64,000 nt of DNA from the human T2T-CHM13v2.0 reference genome, Homo sapiens, in the NCBI GenBank assembly GCA_009914755.4, contig CP068257.2, positions 2,208,001-2,272,000 on the forward strand, written 5' to 3'. The position numbers and the translations under genes were made by a program. Under the pieces are notes generated by a model. The model saw only the letters and a program-made list of their open reading frames with translations. It had not been told where the DNA came from and searched no databases. Of the stretch, positions 44,041-58,900 are shown piece by piece. Within the stretch, counting starts at the first letter, position 1. Every line of letters starts with the position of its first letter.

Positions 44041-47000
44041 AGCAACGGGGTTCAAAGTCTCATTACAATGTCCCCCTCAGCTCATAGACCCTCCCTCCCT
44101 GCATGTGTGCCCAGAGGTCAGGCCCTGGGGTTTTTTTTTGGGACGTGGCCTTTCCTCCAAGACACAGGGAGAGACAGTTGGCCTCAGGCTCCAGGTTCCC
44201 AGCTCCACACTCACCCCAAAGGCCCTCTGGGCCCGTCTCAAAGGAGAAAGTGAGGTGGCCTGACACTGCCTGGACACACCATCTACCCTATTCCTGAGTG
44301 TCAGGGTGTGAGGAAGGGAGGGACATTTGGCAGATAAGGCACGCTGTGCTGTTGGGTCTCTCAGGGCCCTTCCCACAGAGCCCCGATCTAAAGACAGAAC
44401 ACAGAGGCTACAGGAAGACTAATCCAGAACCTCTGAGACAGCCAGGGACCACATGAGGACTCTCCCCAGACAGCCAGAAGGCCCTTTGCTAGTTTCTTGG
44501 TACTTCAGTGGATGTGGCAGTGGTTCTTCTGTTGGGGACCAGTGAGTACACACTGGGGAGGGCTCACCTGTGCTTCCTCAGTGGCTCCACCTCTGCTTCT
44601 AAAAAAAATGACTCATTCCAGAGCTGGCGCAGAGAAAATACAAGCTGAGCTTAGAACATCTTCTGCCAGAAAGTAAAAAAGTGCCGACAGAGTAATGGAG
44701 ACAAATCAAAGAGACATAAAGTCAGCTTGGAATGTCTACTACTGGCCTAATCTTGGGGAATTGGAGCATCAGAATCATGAGCTTTCCTTCTCCCTTATTT
44801 ATTGGTTTTATTTCTCCATGTAGAACAAAGAAGAGAATAAGAAAATAATCATCTGGTAACCATCATAGTAATAATTGTTCAAACACAAGTCATCCATGAA
44901 ATGCTAAATCTAGTGGGTTCTGAGGAGTAACCAGATATTTACAGAGCCTCAAAGTATCTCCATACAAAATACAGTTGAACTACAAAAAGAAAATTGTAAC
45001 ATTAACATGGACAAACCTGGCAGTTACTCCTTAACTCTCCTAAGTAATAAAAACTGTAAAATGCAAATAAGCCTTCGATGACCTTTACTAACCTTTACTA
45101 AAGTATCAGTGATGACTTGGTTGTTTAAACAGCTGACATTTGGGCAATTTGAGTATGTCAAACTCAATAATACTGGTTTTCATTTGCAAGATCCACTTAA
45201 AACTTAAGGAGGCCAAAAAACATCATTTAAAATACCCTATAAATTATAATCATACATATGATACAAAAATATCCTACTTCAGTAAATATTGGAATGTTAT
45301 ATATTTTATGAGAAACAATTAAAATGTGTAAATAGCCCAGTAATAAAGTTTTATAATCTTTTAAATCATCATAGAATTTTTCCTTAAGACTTTATGGTTA
45401 AATATTCTCTTCATTAGATGTGGCTTACCCGTGGATTCTAGAGAAGAAAGTAGATGGGAGCAAGTGTCCAATACAGCAACAGCTGGAAAGAAAAATAAAG
45501 AATTTTGTTCTTTACCTAAAACACTTCAGTTAACTAAGTGTGAGTTTAAAAACTAAAGACTTGAGAACTTTATCAGAGTTAATAAGAATGAGAAATATGT
45601 ATGTACATTTACAATACAAAATTACTATTTAATAATTTACACATGGCATTAATTGTAATTGTGTTTAAATATCAGAACTTTTTCAGTCTTCATTCATGTA
45701 ATCAACAGCCACATGCTAAGGTACTAGAACCAGCACTGGAATTACAAGATGAAGATGGCATGGTCCACCTCTCAACAGTCATAAGCTATAACCTAAAAAA
45801 CAGACAGGCAGGCAATGTCCATATAGAGTCATAGATACCGTGACAGGTATACAGCAGGGCACTACTGGAACACAGAGAAGGGACATCTACCCACTTTTAT
45901 GTCAATATCATGGGCTTTCTGGTGGAGGAGATAACATAGGTTGATACCTGAAGGACAAGGAAAAGCTTCCCAGATAGAGGAAAGAGGCAAAGGCAAAGAG
46001 CCTGAGGTGAGGAAGAGCCCTGCAGAGTTCCACTCCATCCAGTTTGGTGCTAGAGCAAAGGGCAGAGTGCAGTAAGTGGTGAGAAACAAGGCTGAGTAAC
46101 TTGGCAAGAATTACATTGACATGGGTGTTTTTATTTCATGGTGAAAAATTTGGAACTTTTCCTGAGAACAAGTGTAAGCCAATGACACAGTAAATTAGAG
46201 GAGATTTAAAATGTCACCTGTCAAGTGACTGCTTATGAAGGGTTATTGCTCAGCTAAGTATTTCTGAATGAGTCTTAGGTCTGTTGGCCTTCAATCTCTA
46301 CCGAAACCCTGAGAACTTGATGATGCTTTTGTTTTCTGAGAATCGTTTCAGTGTGCTGGCTGACAGTTCCATGAGGATGGCAAAACTTAAGAAACTGTAG
46401 AGCCAGTGAAAAAGAGATGCACAGACTTCTTGGGAACTGTTTAAGCTTAGGAACATGATGAATTTATGGTGCATAAGTACAGTCTTCTCTGTGAAAGTTT
46501 TTGTTTTCACATCTTTCATTAGATGTGTGTAAGAAAAAAATATTGATGTAGTATCTACTAACCCAAGAATGAAAAGGAATGCCATTTGCTATTTACACTT
46601 TATTTCTAAAATAAACCTAAATTTAATTAATAAATTTTGTCAACGTACTTCTCTTTGTTTCTCTAATTATTTATTCTACACATTCCAGCCCCATCTAAAA
46701 TAAGTAAAAATAATAATAATGTCTAAATTAAACAAGAAACATTATCATGAAAATCATGTATCACTTACAAAATGTGGCCTTCAGTATTTTTAGTGACTAG
46801 ACATAACTTGAAGTTTGCTTAAATAGAAAAATAATCACATAAATAAAATAAAATTTCTACTTATTTTAAGTTTAGATAACAGAGGATGTATATGTGTAAT
46901 GCTGTTTAGAGTAATCTGACAAAAATGCAGTTAATATTGATCTATTGCATATACATGATTTTAGAAAGGTAGTGTTTTATTAGTACAAAGGTTAAACAAT

Positions 47001-47348
<348 letters not shown>

Positions 47349-47559
47349 TTAGAAAACTCTGCCCTTTATAAAAGTTTAATCCATTTTTTACTTCAATAAA
47401 TTTTATCTTAAAAAGAAATTTCTGTTCTCTACTTATAGTAAACTTTTCTTTTTTTTTTCTAGTTTGTATTCTAAATTAACGTGGTACCTCTGTAAGTTTC
47501 TTCCAAAGGCATATTGAGGGATACCGAGGTTTGCAGTACAATTAAACCCATCACACAGG

Positions 47560-48560
47560 TTGTGAGCATAGGACCCAAGAAGTAGTTTTTCAACCCTGGC
47601 CCACTCTGTCCCTCCCCATTCTTATTTCCCAGTGTCTATTATTCCCACCTTTATGACAATGTGCACCCAATATGTAGCTCCCACATGAGTGAAAACATGA
47701 GATATTTGGTTTCTGTTTCTGCGTTGGTTTGCTTAGGAGAGTGGATTCCAGCTGTATTCATGTTGCTGCAAATGATGTGATTTTGTTCTTTTCATGGCTG
47801 CATAGTATTCCATGGTATATATGGAATTTTCCAATCTACCTTGGATTTTCAATCTACCTTGGATGTACCTGGATTGACTCCACATCTTTGCTATTGTGAA
47901 TAGTGCTGCAATGAACATACATGTGTATACATCTTTTTGTTACAATGATTTATTGTCCTTTCGGTATACCCCTAGTATAGTAATGGGGTTGCTGCATCCA
48001 ACAGTCATTCTTAGTTCTTAATTTCCAAACTGCTCTCCATAGTAGCTGAATTAATTTACATTGCCACAAACGGTTTGTGTTCCCTTTTCTCCACAGCCTC
48101 CCCAACATCCTTTTATAAGTTTTTATTTATTATTTGTTTTTAACAAAAGTCATTGTGACTGGTGTGAAATGGTATCTCATTGATGTTTTGTGTGGCATTT
48201 TTCTGATGATTAGCAATGGTAAGCATTTTTTAATGTTTGTTGGCCACTTACGTGTGTTATTTTGAGAACTGTCTGTTCATGTCCTTTGCCCATTTATAAT
48301 GGTCTTATTTATTTTTTGCTTGTTGATTTGTTTAGGTCTCTTATGGATTCTGGATAATAGGCGTTTGCTATATCCATACTTTGTGAATATTTTCTTCCAT
48401 TCTTTTAGGCTTTCTGTTTAATCTCGTGATAGTTTCTCATGCTGTGCAGAAGCTATTTAGCTAAATTAGATCACACTTGTCAATTTTTGTTATTCTTGCA
48501 ATTGCTTTTGAGGACTTAGCCATAAATTAATTGACAAATATGATATCCAGAAGAGTATTT
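47560..48560 (-). mobile_element. L1 3'-end fragment (L1P/L1M), antisense
   Basis: Antisense L1 3' motifs: …CACATGAGTGAAAACATGAGATATTTGGTTTCTGTTTCTGCGTTGGTTTGCTTAGGAGAGTGGATTCCAGCTGTATTCATGTTGCTGCAAATGATGTGATTTTGTTCTTTTCATGGCTGCATAGTATTCCATGGTATATAT… …CATTGTGACTGGTGTGAAATGGTATCTCATTGATGTTTTGTGTGGCATTTTTCTGATGATTAGCAATGGTAAGCATTTTTTAATGTTTGTTGGCCACTTA…. Confidence 0.8.
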
Positions 48561-48625
48561 CCTAGGTTTTTTCCAGGATTTTTATAGTCAGAAGATGTAC
48601 TCTTATGTAAAGAAAGCACAAACCT

Positions 48626-48919
48626 TTTTTTTGTTTTGTTTTGAGACAGAGTCTCCATCACCAAGGCTATAGTGCAGTGGTATGATCTTGGCTTACTGCA
48701 ACCTCTGTCTCCTGGGTTCAAGTGATTCTCCTGCCTCAGCCTCCTGAGTATCTGAGATTACACATGCCTGCCAACACGCCTTGCTAATTTTTGTATTTTT
48801 ACTAGAGACAGGTTTCATCATGTTGGCCAGGCTGGTCTCAAACTCCTGACGTCAGGTGATTCACCTGCCTCGGCCTCCCCAAATTTTGGGATTACAAGTG
48901 TGAGCCACCATGCCTGGCC
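48626..48919 (-). mobile_element. Alu SINE (antisense)
   Basis: TTTTTTTTGTTTTGTTTTGAGACAGAGTCTCCATCACCAAGGCTATAGTGCAGTGGTATGATC...GGGATTACAAGTGTGAGCCACCATGCCTGGCC. Confidence 0.9.
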
Positions 48920-49094
48920 AAGCACAAAGCTTTTAAAATAAAAAGGGAAATGAACATTTTAGTGTTTTGTTTAATTCATAAAATGCAATTATTTTGGATT
49001 CTACTAAATAATAAACATCCATATGTGGCAAAGTGGATGCTAATCATTCAGTTGTGATTATGGGTGGGAAGAATTGAGACGGTGCAAATAAACT

Positions 49095-49400
49095 TTTTTA
49101 ATTTTTTTTTTATTTTCAAGATGGAGTCTTGCCCTGTCACCCAGGCTGGAGTGCAGTGGTGCAATCTCAGCTCCTGCAACCTCCGTCTCCCAGGTTCAAG
49201 CAATTCTCTGCCTCAGCCTTCCTAGTAGCTGGGATTACAGGTGCCCACCACCACACCAGGCTAATATTTTTTTTGTACTTTTAGTAGAGTTGGGGTTTCA
49301 CCATCTTGGCCAGGCTGGTCTTGAACTCCTGACCTCGTGATACACCTGCCTCAGCCTCCCAAAGTGCTGGGATTACAGGCATGAGCCACCACACCTGGCT
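49095..49400 (-). mobile_element. Alu SINE (antisense)
   Basis: TTTTTTTTTTATTTTCAAGATGGAGTCTTGCCCTGTCACCCAGGCTGGAGTGCAGTGGTGCAATCTCAGC...GGGATTACAGGCATGAGCCACCACACCTGGCT. Confidence 0.9.
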
Positions 49401-49427
49401 GGTGCAAAGAAACTTTAAAAGTGGCAT

Positions 49428-49743
<316 letters not shown>

Positions 49744-50107
49744 CTAAACTATAATCAATTAGAGAGTAAGCCAGACCATCTCAAAGTATATCATCACTTA
49801 TCAGGCAATAACATGCAATTTCTAAAACCTAACTTAAATGCAGCTTTTAAAGACATTTCAAACATGTCAGTTTAGTCACGTTTCTTGAATAAAGTTAGCA
49901 AATGGATATCTCTTGAAAATGAGAGCTCCAGGGAATTAAAAAATGTAAAGTTCCCATTTCCTTTCTGTGTTAACACAGCTAATTATGATCTTTACTTCAC
50001 ATGCAAAAGTCAACAGAACAACTCAGTATTTCACCAAATTATAAACAAGAATTACGCTAGAGAAATGAAACCCTAAAGAGAAACGGTCATATAACTAACC
50101 TCAGTCA

Positions 50108-50320
<213 letters not shown>

Positions 50321-51657
50321 CTGTAAAGGTAGCAAAGACAAATGCTTAATATTTCATTTTTCCTTAAATGATTCTTAATGACTTGCAGTTTTTAAAAACT
50401 TACCCTGAGAGTAAACCAAATTACCCACTAAATAGTGTTTTCACACAGAAGATGTGTAAGAGCATACCTGTTGTAAGGAATTATAATTTTAAAATCATTC
50501 TAAAGAAGCACCATTGTTTCTAAGCTGATTTCTACTGAACTAGCAGTTCAAACAAAGTAGACAGGGAAGAGAAATGGCTATCAGTGATGTATGGCTCAAC
50601 AGGTAAAACTTCCTGCCTTCTAAAATGGCTGTACTTGGAAGATTCTGAAGATTCCATTAGAAATACTTGTATTTAAAGGGTAATAATGTGGGAAAATGAA
50701 TATGTTGATTTGCTTGATTATAAGAACCACTTCACTAGAAATAATTATATCAAAACATCATGTTGTACTCCTTAATGTACGTTAAGAAAACTAAAATGAA
50801 CGAAAAAAAATCTAGGAACACTTGTGTTTAGTAAACCAGTTTTAGATTTCACTCTTGTACATTTCACCCATTATCTAGGACCAATTAAACATTTGGCACT
50901 GAGGAATAATTCAGAGCAACAACTCCTAGGGGAGAACTAGATTGTCTGGTTGGTGATCAAAAAGAATTGAAGCATCTCTGAAGGCAATTAGTCCCCAACA
51001 CTGTGACCAAGGCCCCGGAGGTGGGGCATGTTCTTTCTGCCTTCCACACACCGCTTCAGGCTGAACAAGGTGTTATTTTTTTAACCGCTTTGTGAATTAC
51101 ACTTCTTTAAATTCCTGTGATAATTATTCCCTATTTCACAAGGGTGCCTTTCTGTAACATCTTGAATATGTTACACAAATAGTCTTTCTTGAGGCACCCT
51201 CTGGTGATAATACTAAAGATCACAATCAAAAACAATTGTGCCCAGAGTAGAAGTACCACTTTACATTTAGGTTGTGATCCACTGAAAAGTAAATTAAACA
51301 CATTAATATTTCTATTTAGGGAAATTCTGACAAGTAATTTTATAACAAGGTCACTTCATTGATTACAAAGCTTCAAAAATACTTAGTGAAAAAAACTAAC
51401 AGATCAGGTTAATTACATGAGACTTTTCAGGAAAAAAAGCCATACAAAAGCAAAAAAAAAAAAAATGAGAGGAGAGACAAAAACTATCTTTGACTAACAT
51501 TTTAAAGGTAAAATTATTTACTAACATTATTTTTCAAAATTACATTGTCAAATTAGCATTCACTTCCTTCTAATCTGAAGCCATCTCACTAAAAATTATG
51601 CTTTTGAAACAAATTAATGAGCTTAATTCATTTTCTATGAGTGTATGTTTTGACTTA

Positions 51658-51894
<237 letters not shown>

Positions 51895-52364
51895 TTAAAA
51901 CAATTATAACCTAATTATTATGTTTGTTGCCTTTCATTTTGAGTCAGCGATTCAAAGAGTATTTTTGAATATGTTAAAAAAGAGGATGAAGTTTAAAATA
52001 TTTCAGCAATATCAAAACTAATAACTGAATTCAGAATTAAGTCTGATTTGTAAAAATTTGAAATCATAATTATGCTAGTATTAATGTAATCTGGTCATAT
52101 AAAAAGTAATAGAATTCATTCATAGTTTTAAAAAGTGATCAATGAACACTGTAGCTAAAGACCAATTCATAATTATCACATAATTTCTAAATCACAATTT
52201 TTTCCTATGCCAACTGGTCTTAATCATCAAATTACTCCATAATGAGAATCATTACTCTGAAAGATTGATTTTGTTATAATAATAATGGAAATTTAAATAT
52301 TTAAAAGAAAAAACAGATACCATTTTTTTCTAGAACTCTACAAAGCAGATTGCTACAAGAGAGG

Positions 52365-52883
<519 letters not shown>

Positions 52884-53234
52884 TTATCTGTAATGCAGCA
52901 GATTCTTCAAATGTGAACCCTTAAATTACTCAGAATTTTAAGAACAAAGTTAAAGCTACCATGAGTCATAAAAATATATTCTTTACTATCATCATCTTTG
53001 CCACAGAATTTTTGGACTTCATTTTACTTTTATTTTTCTGATAATTCATTTTTGTTCCTCCTTAAATGGCACAAAGTTATCTCCTAGTAAAAAGTGTCTA
53101 ACCCCCTTCCTTCATTATCATTCCCCACAGTATGTCAAAAAAAGTTTCAGAGATATCATATTGAGTTATTTAGGCCAAAGTCAATAAATGGGTCTAGGAA
53201 TAAGACTTTGAAAGTGATATTACACTCTATATTA

Positions 53235-53517
53235 GGCATGGTGGCTCATGCCTGTAATCCTAGCACTTTAAAAAGCTGTGGCAGAAAGATCACTTGAGGC
53301 CAGGAATTTGAGATCAGCCAGAGCAACATAGTGAGACCCCCATCTCTACAAAAAAAAATTTTTTTAATTACCCGGGCATGGTGGCTCATGCCTGTAGACC
53401 CAGCTAGTTGGGATACTGAGGCAAAAGGATGGCTTGTACCCAGAGTTCAGGGCTGCAGTGAATTATTATCGCTGCACTTCTGCCTGGATGACAGACAAAG
53501 ACCCTATCTCAAAAAAC
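53235..53517 (+). mobile_element. Alu SINE (old AluJ-like)
   Basis: GGCATGGTGGCTCATGCCTGTAATCCTAGCACTTTAAAAAGCTGTGGCAGAAAGATCACTTGAGGCCAGGAATTTGAGATCAGCCAGAGCAACATAGTGAGACCCCCATCTC... Confidence 0.85.
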
Positions 53518-53639
53518 AACACAAAATAATGAAATCTATGATTAAGGATTCTGATGCTATAAGCCTTTCCTTAAACTGCAAATGTTTCATGCTAATTTGA
53601 ATTGCATTTTAAGAAGTAATGATTCTTGGGGTAAAGACC

Positions 53640-54762
53640 ATAGAATATGGCACCCAGAAATAAATTCACATATTTCCAGCCAACTGATTTTGGACGAACA
53701 TGCCAAGAACGTACGCTGGGGAAAGGACAGCCTCTTCAAATGAATGACACTGGGAAAACTAAATATCCATATGGAGAAGAATGATATTAGCTTCCTATGT
53801 AACACCATATAACAACATAAACTCAGAATCGATTGAAGACTGAAATGTAAGGCCCAAAATTATCAAACTACTCTAAGTAAATATAAGGAAAAGGCTTGAG
53901 GACATTAGTCTGCACAAAGATTTTTATGGGTAAGACATCAGAAGCATAGGCAAACAACAAATCATAGACAAAAGACACTACATTAAGCTAAAGAGCTTCT
54001 GTCCAGCAAACAACTGAGTGAAGAGAAAACCTGTAGAATAGGAGAAAATATTGTCAAGCTATTCACCTAATGAGGGACTAATATACAAAATATACAAAAA
54101 AACTCAAACAACATCACAGTAAAAAAATCTGAGTTTAAAATTGGGCAAAATATCTAACAATACTTTTTTTTAGAAAAAGAAATACAAATAGCCAATAAAT
54201 AAATTTTAAAATGCTCAGTATCACTAATCCTCAGGGAAATACAAATCAAATCTACAATGTGATATAATCTTGCTTCAATTTGAATAAATTGCTGTCATTG
54301 AAAAGACAAAAAAAATAACAAATGCTGGTGAGGCTCCAGAGAACAGTAAACTCTTACATGCTGTTGGTGGGAAGGTAAATTAGTGCAGCCACTATAGAGA
54401 ACAACAGGAGGTTTTCTCAAAAAAACTAATAATGGGACTGCCGAGGGATCCAGCAACCCCACTACCGGGTATTCAGGCAATAGAAAAGAAAACAATAGAT
54501 CAAAAGGATATCTGTCCTCATATGTTTACTGTAGCACTATCCACAACAGCTTGTGTATGGAATCAACATACATGTCCATCACCAAATGAATGGATGAAAA
54601 ACTGTGGCACACAAACACAGTGGAATACTATTCACCATATAAAGGAATTAAATCCTGTTATTCGTGGCCACGTGGATCAGTCTGATGGATGTTAAGTGCA
54701 GACACAGAAAGATAAATACTGCACATTCTTACTCATGTGTGGGAGCTAAAGGAAAATTGAAG
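53640..54762 (+). mobile_element. old L1 3' fragment (sense), interrupted by the Alu at 54763
   Basis: L1 ORF2-C/3' motifs: …GAACATGCCAAGAACGTACGCTGGGGAAAGGACAGCCTCTTCAAATGAATGACACTGGGAAAACTAAATATCCATATGGAGAAGAATGA… …CAAATGCTGGTGAGGCTCCAGAGAACAGTAAACTCTTACATGCTGTTGGTGGGAAGGTAAATTAGTGCAGCCACTATAGAGAACA…. Confidence 0.8.
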
Positions 54763-55078
54763 GCTGGGCAATATGGCTGATGCCTGTAATTTCCTGGCTC
54801 TTTGTAAGACCAAGGCAAGAGAATCATTTGAGGCCAAAAGTTCCAGAGCTCCCTGGGCAACATAGGGAGATATCTCTACAAAGTCAAAAATCAGACATGT
54901 GCAATGGTGCATGCCCATAATGCCAGCTGCTCAGGAGGCTGAGGTGTGAGGATCTGATGGGCCCAAGAGTTTGAAGCTGCAGTGAACTATGATCAAACCA
55001 CTGTCTCCAGTCTGGGTGACTACAGTTGCCCAGAGCCCAGACTACACTAGCAAGACCCTGTCTCTTAACAAAAAAAAA
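54763..55078 (+). mobile_element. Alu SINE (old AluJ-like)
   Basis: GGCTGGGCAATATGGCTGATGCCTGTAATTTCCTGGCTCTTTGTAAGACCAAGGCAAGAGAATCATTTGAGGCCAAAAGTTCCAGAGCTCCCTGGGCAACATAGGGAGAT..., A9 tail. Confidence 0.85.
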
Positions 55079-55370
55079 GCTCACAGAAGTAGGGGAGGGG
55101 AGGCTGGTTAATGGATACAGAATTACAGTTAGATAAGAGGAGTGAGTTCTGGTGTTCTGTGGCATTGTAGGGTGAATATGGTTAACTATGACTTATTGTA
55201 TATTTTTAAAAAGCCAGAAAATTTTGAATGTTCACAATTCAAAGAAATGAAAAATGGTTGAAGTAGTAAATGTGCTAGTTAGCTTGATCATTACACACTA
55301 TATACGTGTATAAAAATATCACTCTATAGCCCATAATTATGTATATATGTGTCAATTAAAACAAAAGAGA
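55079..55370 (+). mobile_element. continuation of the old L1 3' UTR after the Alu insertion
   Basis: …GGCTGGTTAATGGATACAGAATTACAGTTAGATAAGAGGAGTGAGTTCTGGTGTTCTGTGGCATTGTAGGGTGAATATGGTTAACTATGACTTATTGTATATTTTTAAAAAG…. Confidence 0.7.
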
Positions 55371-56454
55371 AGCTACATTCATCCGATTTAAAAAACAGAA
55401 TATGGGCCAGCCTTACTGACTTCCTTCTAATGAGTAGAATGTAGTGAAAGGGATACCATGTGGCTTCCCTATCTCAGACTGTTTTCCCTTGGAACCCAGC
55501 CCCTATTGTGAGAGCCATCAGGCCACAAAGAGAGCCTGAAAGTGCCTGTGTCAGTGTTCATGCTGCCTGTCCCAACCAAGTTTACAGCCGATGGCCAGCA
55601 TCAACCATCAAACAAGTGGGGGACCAAAGCTTCAGAGGATTCCATTTCCGCAACTGATCAGCTGTTCCTAGGGAAGCTGAAGGGAGCAGAGCAAGCTGTC
55701 CTGGCCAAGTTTTTCCCAAACCACAGGTTCATGAATAAAATAAATGTTTTTCTTTCAAGCCACAAGACTCTGGGTAATTGTTAGGAAAATAAGTTTTAAA
55801 AAGAGACAACAGGAAACATAACTTATGCAGCAGAAAAGAGTCTCCTTTAAAGCAGGATCTAATAAAGGTTGATATTTATTTATTGATGTCAAACATTATT
55901 GAGAAGCAGTAGATAACCAGGAGAGAGACATAAGCTGCTGAGGAGGAATTTTCCTAAAACAACTTCAATAATGAACGCTGATAACAAGGCAAGGGTGTCT
56001 TCTTACAATTTCCCCTCAAGTTAGGAAGTAAGACTGGGAAGCAAGAAGATGTATGATTTGAAAAACAACTAGAAATACTGGGTGACATAGGCAAAATCAG
56101 ACATTTACCTGATTTCAATTAACTAAAATTCTAAAAGAAGAAGTTTTGAGTATTTATTAATCAACCTAGTATTCAATTTTCATTTTCTTTTCTAAATGAG
56201 GAAATAAGGAGAATATTATGGAATGATTTTTATTCTTCACAGAAGTAAAATAAGCATAGTGTGTTTTGAGTGTTAAGACACAAATGCAATTTCTCCTTTA
56301 CCTTACGCCAAGCTTGTTTGTATGGAGAAGTTAAGACCATCCCATCTCTATGTTATGCCACAATGCTTCTCTATAGCACACAACTTGGCTCTGAAATTTT
56401 GAAAGTCAAAATACTAATCTACTATGTGTCTCTGATAAATTGCCTGAACCTTAC

Positions 56455-56596
56455 CTGACTTTGAAGTGCTGCACTCCTAAGACTTTTTCTTGGAATGAGT
56501 TAAACGTTTTATTCCAAGAATCCTCTACTGAGCTAGAAAGCAGAGCTGTGCATCTCTGTTTCAGTAAAAGGAGGTCAATATAGGGAACTGTGGTTT
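56455..56596 (-). CDS. weak candidate exon (142 nt): …ETTVPYIDLLLLKQRCTALLSSSVEDSWNKTFNSFQEKVLGVQHFKV…
   Basis: Minus strand: acceptor TTGCATTCTCAG|AAACCACAG and strong donor TTCAAAGTCAG|GTAAGGTTCAGG, with a single open frame. The phase does not connect directly to the 52500-52781 exon, and there is no compositional confirmation. Confidence 0.25.
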
Positions 56597-57089
56597 CTGA
56601 GAATGCAAGATCTGCACTAATAAAAGGATTAGCCACAGTGCTACCCAAGAGAACCAGCTACCAGGAGAAAAGAGGGTCTGTAAACTGCAAGATGATGACT
56701 TCACTTGATTTCCACTGAGGAAAGCTGGCGGCTCAGACTTAAACTTCTCCTTCCTAGATGGTAAACATCTATGGAAGGTTCTATGAATTATAATGAGTTA
56801 GTAAAACATAATGCACTGAATATTAGACTATGTCAGCAGATCCTGTAACCAAAACTTACTGAAAATATAACTATAGTGGGAGGCAATGGAAAAGAGACTA
56901 AAGGCTTGAATGGAGAAAAAAAGAAATTAAGTGTGTCTTGTAAGCCTGGCGTCTGATCATGTCCTAGAGGAAGTAAGGTATAAGCTGGCCAGAGACTCCT
57001 TTGTGACACAAAAGGTGAAGTTACAGACATTCCACTAAATTTAATTTTTATTATGACATAAGACAACTGGTAATATGCACCATGATTGA

Positions 57090-58180
57090 AAAAAGCTTCT
57101 CATTCAATTCGATTGGGCCTTGACATAAGAATAGACATAAACAAGCTAAGAATTGACAATCTAAAAATAAGCCTGCACTTTTACAGTCAATTGATTTTAT
57201 ACAAGCTTAACAAAAGAACAAAATGGGAAAAGAATAGTCTTTTCAGCAAATGGTGCTGGGACAACTGGGTATCCATAAGCAAAAAATAAATAAATTTCGA
57301 CCAAATATCTTATTTAATAATTAACTCAAAATAAAATAGTTAACTGTAAAAGCTAAAATTATAAAACCCTCAGAAGAAAACACTGGCATAAATCTTTGTG
57401 ACTGCATTTGCCAGTGTTTTCTTAGCTATGACTCCAAAGGAAAAATGGATTCAATGGACTTCAAAATTGAAAACTGCTGTGCCTCAGAAGACAGCATGAG
57501 GAAATGAAAAGGTAAGACGCCAAGTAGAAGAAAGTATTTGAAAAGTGTGTATCTGATAAGGGACTTACATATATAGGAAATATAAATAACTCTTGCAATT
57601 AATAAATAACAAGATAAGCCAATTTTAAAAAATGGGCAAGGATTTTGAATAGATATATCTGCAAAGAAGATATAAAGATGGAAAAGCACATTAATAGATG
57701 CTTAATGTAATTAGTCATTAGGAAAATGTAAATCAAAACCACATGTGGTATCACTTCACACCACAGGATAAAATCTTTGTTCAAGAAAAAAGAGTGTCAG
57801 GAAAAATGTAAAGAAATTAAAACCCTTATCTAATGCTGCTGGGAATGTAAAGTGATGCAGCCACTTTGGAAAACATACTGGCAGCTCCTTAAAGGGTTAA
57901 GCATGAAGTTACCATATGACACACAAATTCCAGTCATAAGTATATACTCCAGAAAAATAAAAACATACGCAAGCACAAAAACTCATACATAAATGTTTAC
58001 AACAGCATTATTAATAGTAGTCAAAAGGTGGAAAGAACCAGAACGTCTGTCACCTTTGGCTGGGAGAGAACCCAATGGTCCATCACCTGGCGAATGGATA
58101 AATAAAATGTTTGATGTATCCATACAATGGAATATTACTCAGCAATAAGAAGAAATTAAGTACAGATACCGTATTAGGAG
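57090..58180 (+). mobile_element. old L1 (L1M-like) ORF2-C/3' fragment, sense
   Basis: …AAAATGGGAAAAGAATAGTCTTTTCAGCAAATGGTGCTGGGACAACTGGGTATCCATAAGCAAAAAATAAAT… …AATGCTGCTGGGAATGTAAAGTGATGCAGCCACTTTGGAAAACATACTGGCAGCTCCTTAAAGGGTTAAGCATGAAGTTACCATATGACACACAAATTCCAGTCATAAGTATATACTCCAGAAAAATAAAAACATACG…. Confidence 0.8.
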
Positions 58181-58184
58181 GAGA

Positions 58185-58500
58185 CAGCAAAATGCCTAGG
58201 CAGATAAGGAAGGGTCCCCGGAGAATCTCCAACGAGCCCCACAAGTGTTTACACCTGATGTTATGTGCAGATAAGGGAACCTGGACTTGTCTTGCCTGGA
58301 CATGCCCACAGCAGACTGGAGGCCCACATGCAGTGGGGGGATGGGGTGGAGTCACCAGGAATTCACACCTTATGCAGAGGAGGAGCCTGGCCGCTTCAGC
58401 TCATGTGCTCCTGGTATTCAATTGTGAGGTGGAAACCTCTTTGCAGGACCCCTCTCTTTGCTGAGAGCTGTGCTTTCACATAATAAATTCTGCCCTCCTC
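58185..58500. repeat. about 0.3 kb insertion splitting the L1 (LTR-like; family not recognised)
   Basis: Non-L1 sequence between two L1 segments. It ends ...GCTGAGAGCTGTGCTTTCACATAATAAATTCTGCC. Confidence 0.3.
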
Positions 58501-58579
58501 AATGTGTCTGCATGCTTAATTTTTCCTGGTCATGAGAGAAGAACACAGATGTAGCTGAACTAAGGAGCAAAAACCCGGC

Positions 58580-58900
58580 ATCAATACCTGCTACAGCACA
58601 GATGCAGCATGAAAAATTATGCTAAGTGAAATAAGCCAGTCCCAGCAGACCACTTGCTTTTTATTTCAGAGGCTTATAGGCAAATCTATACAAAGAAGGT
58701 GGGTGGTTCCCTAGGGCTGAGGGAGGAAGGGAAAACTAGTGAAGATGGCTAAATGATGTGGGGTTTGTTTTTAGGGTGATGAAAATGTTCTAAAATTAAT
58801 TGTAATGATGACGGCATAACTCTCTGAAAATACTAAAGTTAATGAATTCTATACTTTAAATGAGTGAATTGCATGGCGTGTTCATTATTTCTCAATAAAC
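58580..58900 (+). mobile_element. terminal 3' UTR portion of the same old L1
   Basis: …CATGAAAAATTATGCTAAGTGAAATAAGCCAGTC… …GGGTGATGAAAATGTTCTAAAATTAATTGTAATGATGACGGCATAACTCTCTGAAAATACTAAAGTTAATGAATTCTATACTTTAAATGAGTGAATTGCATGGCGTGTTCATTATTTCTCAATAAA. Confidence 0.8.

Noticed and set aside
46298-46585. Minus-strand 95-aa ORF (…MELSASTLKRFSENKSIIKFSGFR) as a first coding exon
   Set aside because: No donor site with GT consensus at its end, no CpG or promoter context, and a hydrophobic low-complexity N-terminal part. It is not distinguishable from chance in AT-rich DNA
55460-55800. Short ORFs and an AATAAA near 55735 as a small gene or polyadenylated transcript end
   Set aside because: It lies between L1 fragments and resembles decayed interspersed-repeat sequence. 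AATAAA hexamers are frequent in AT-rich DNA and there is no supporting exon structure
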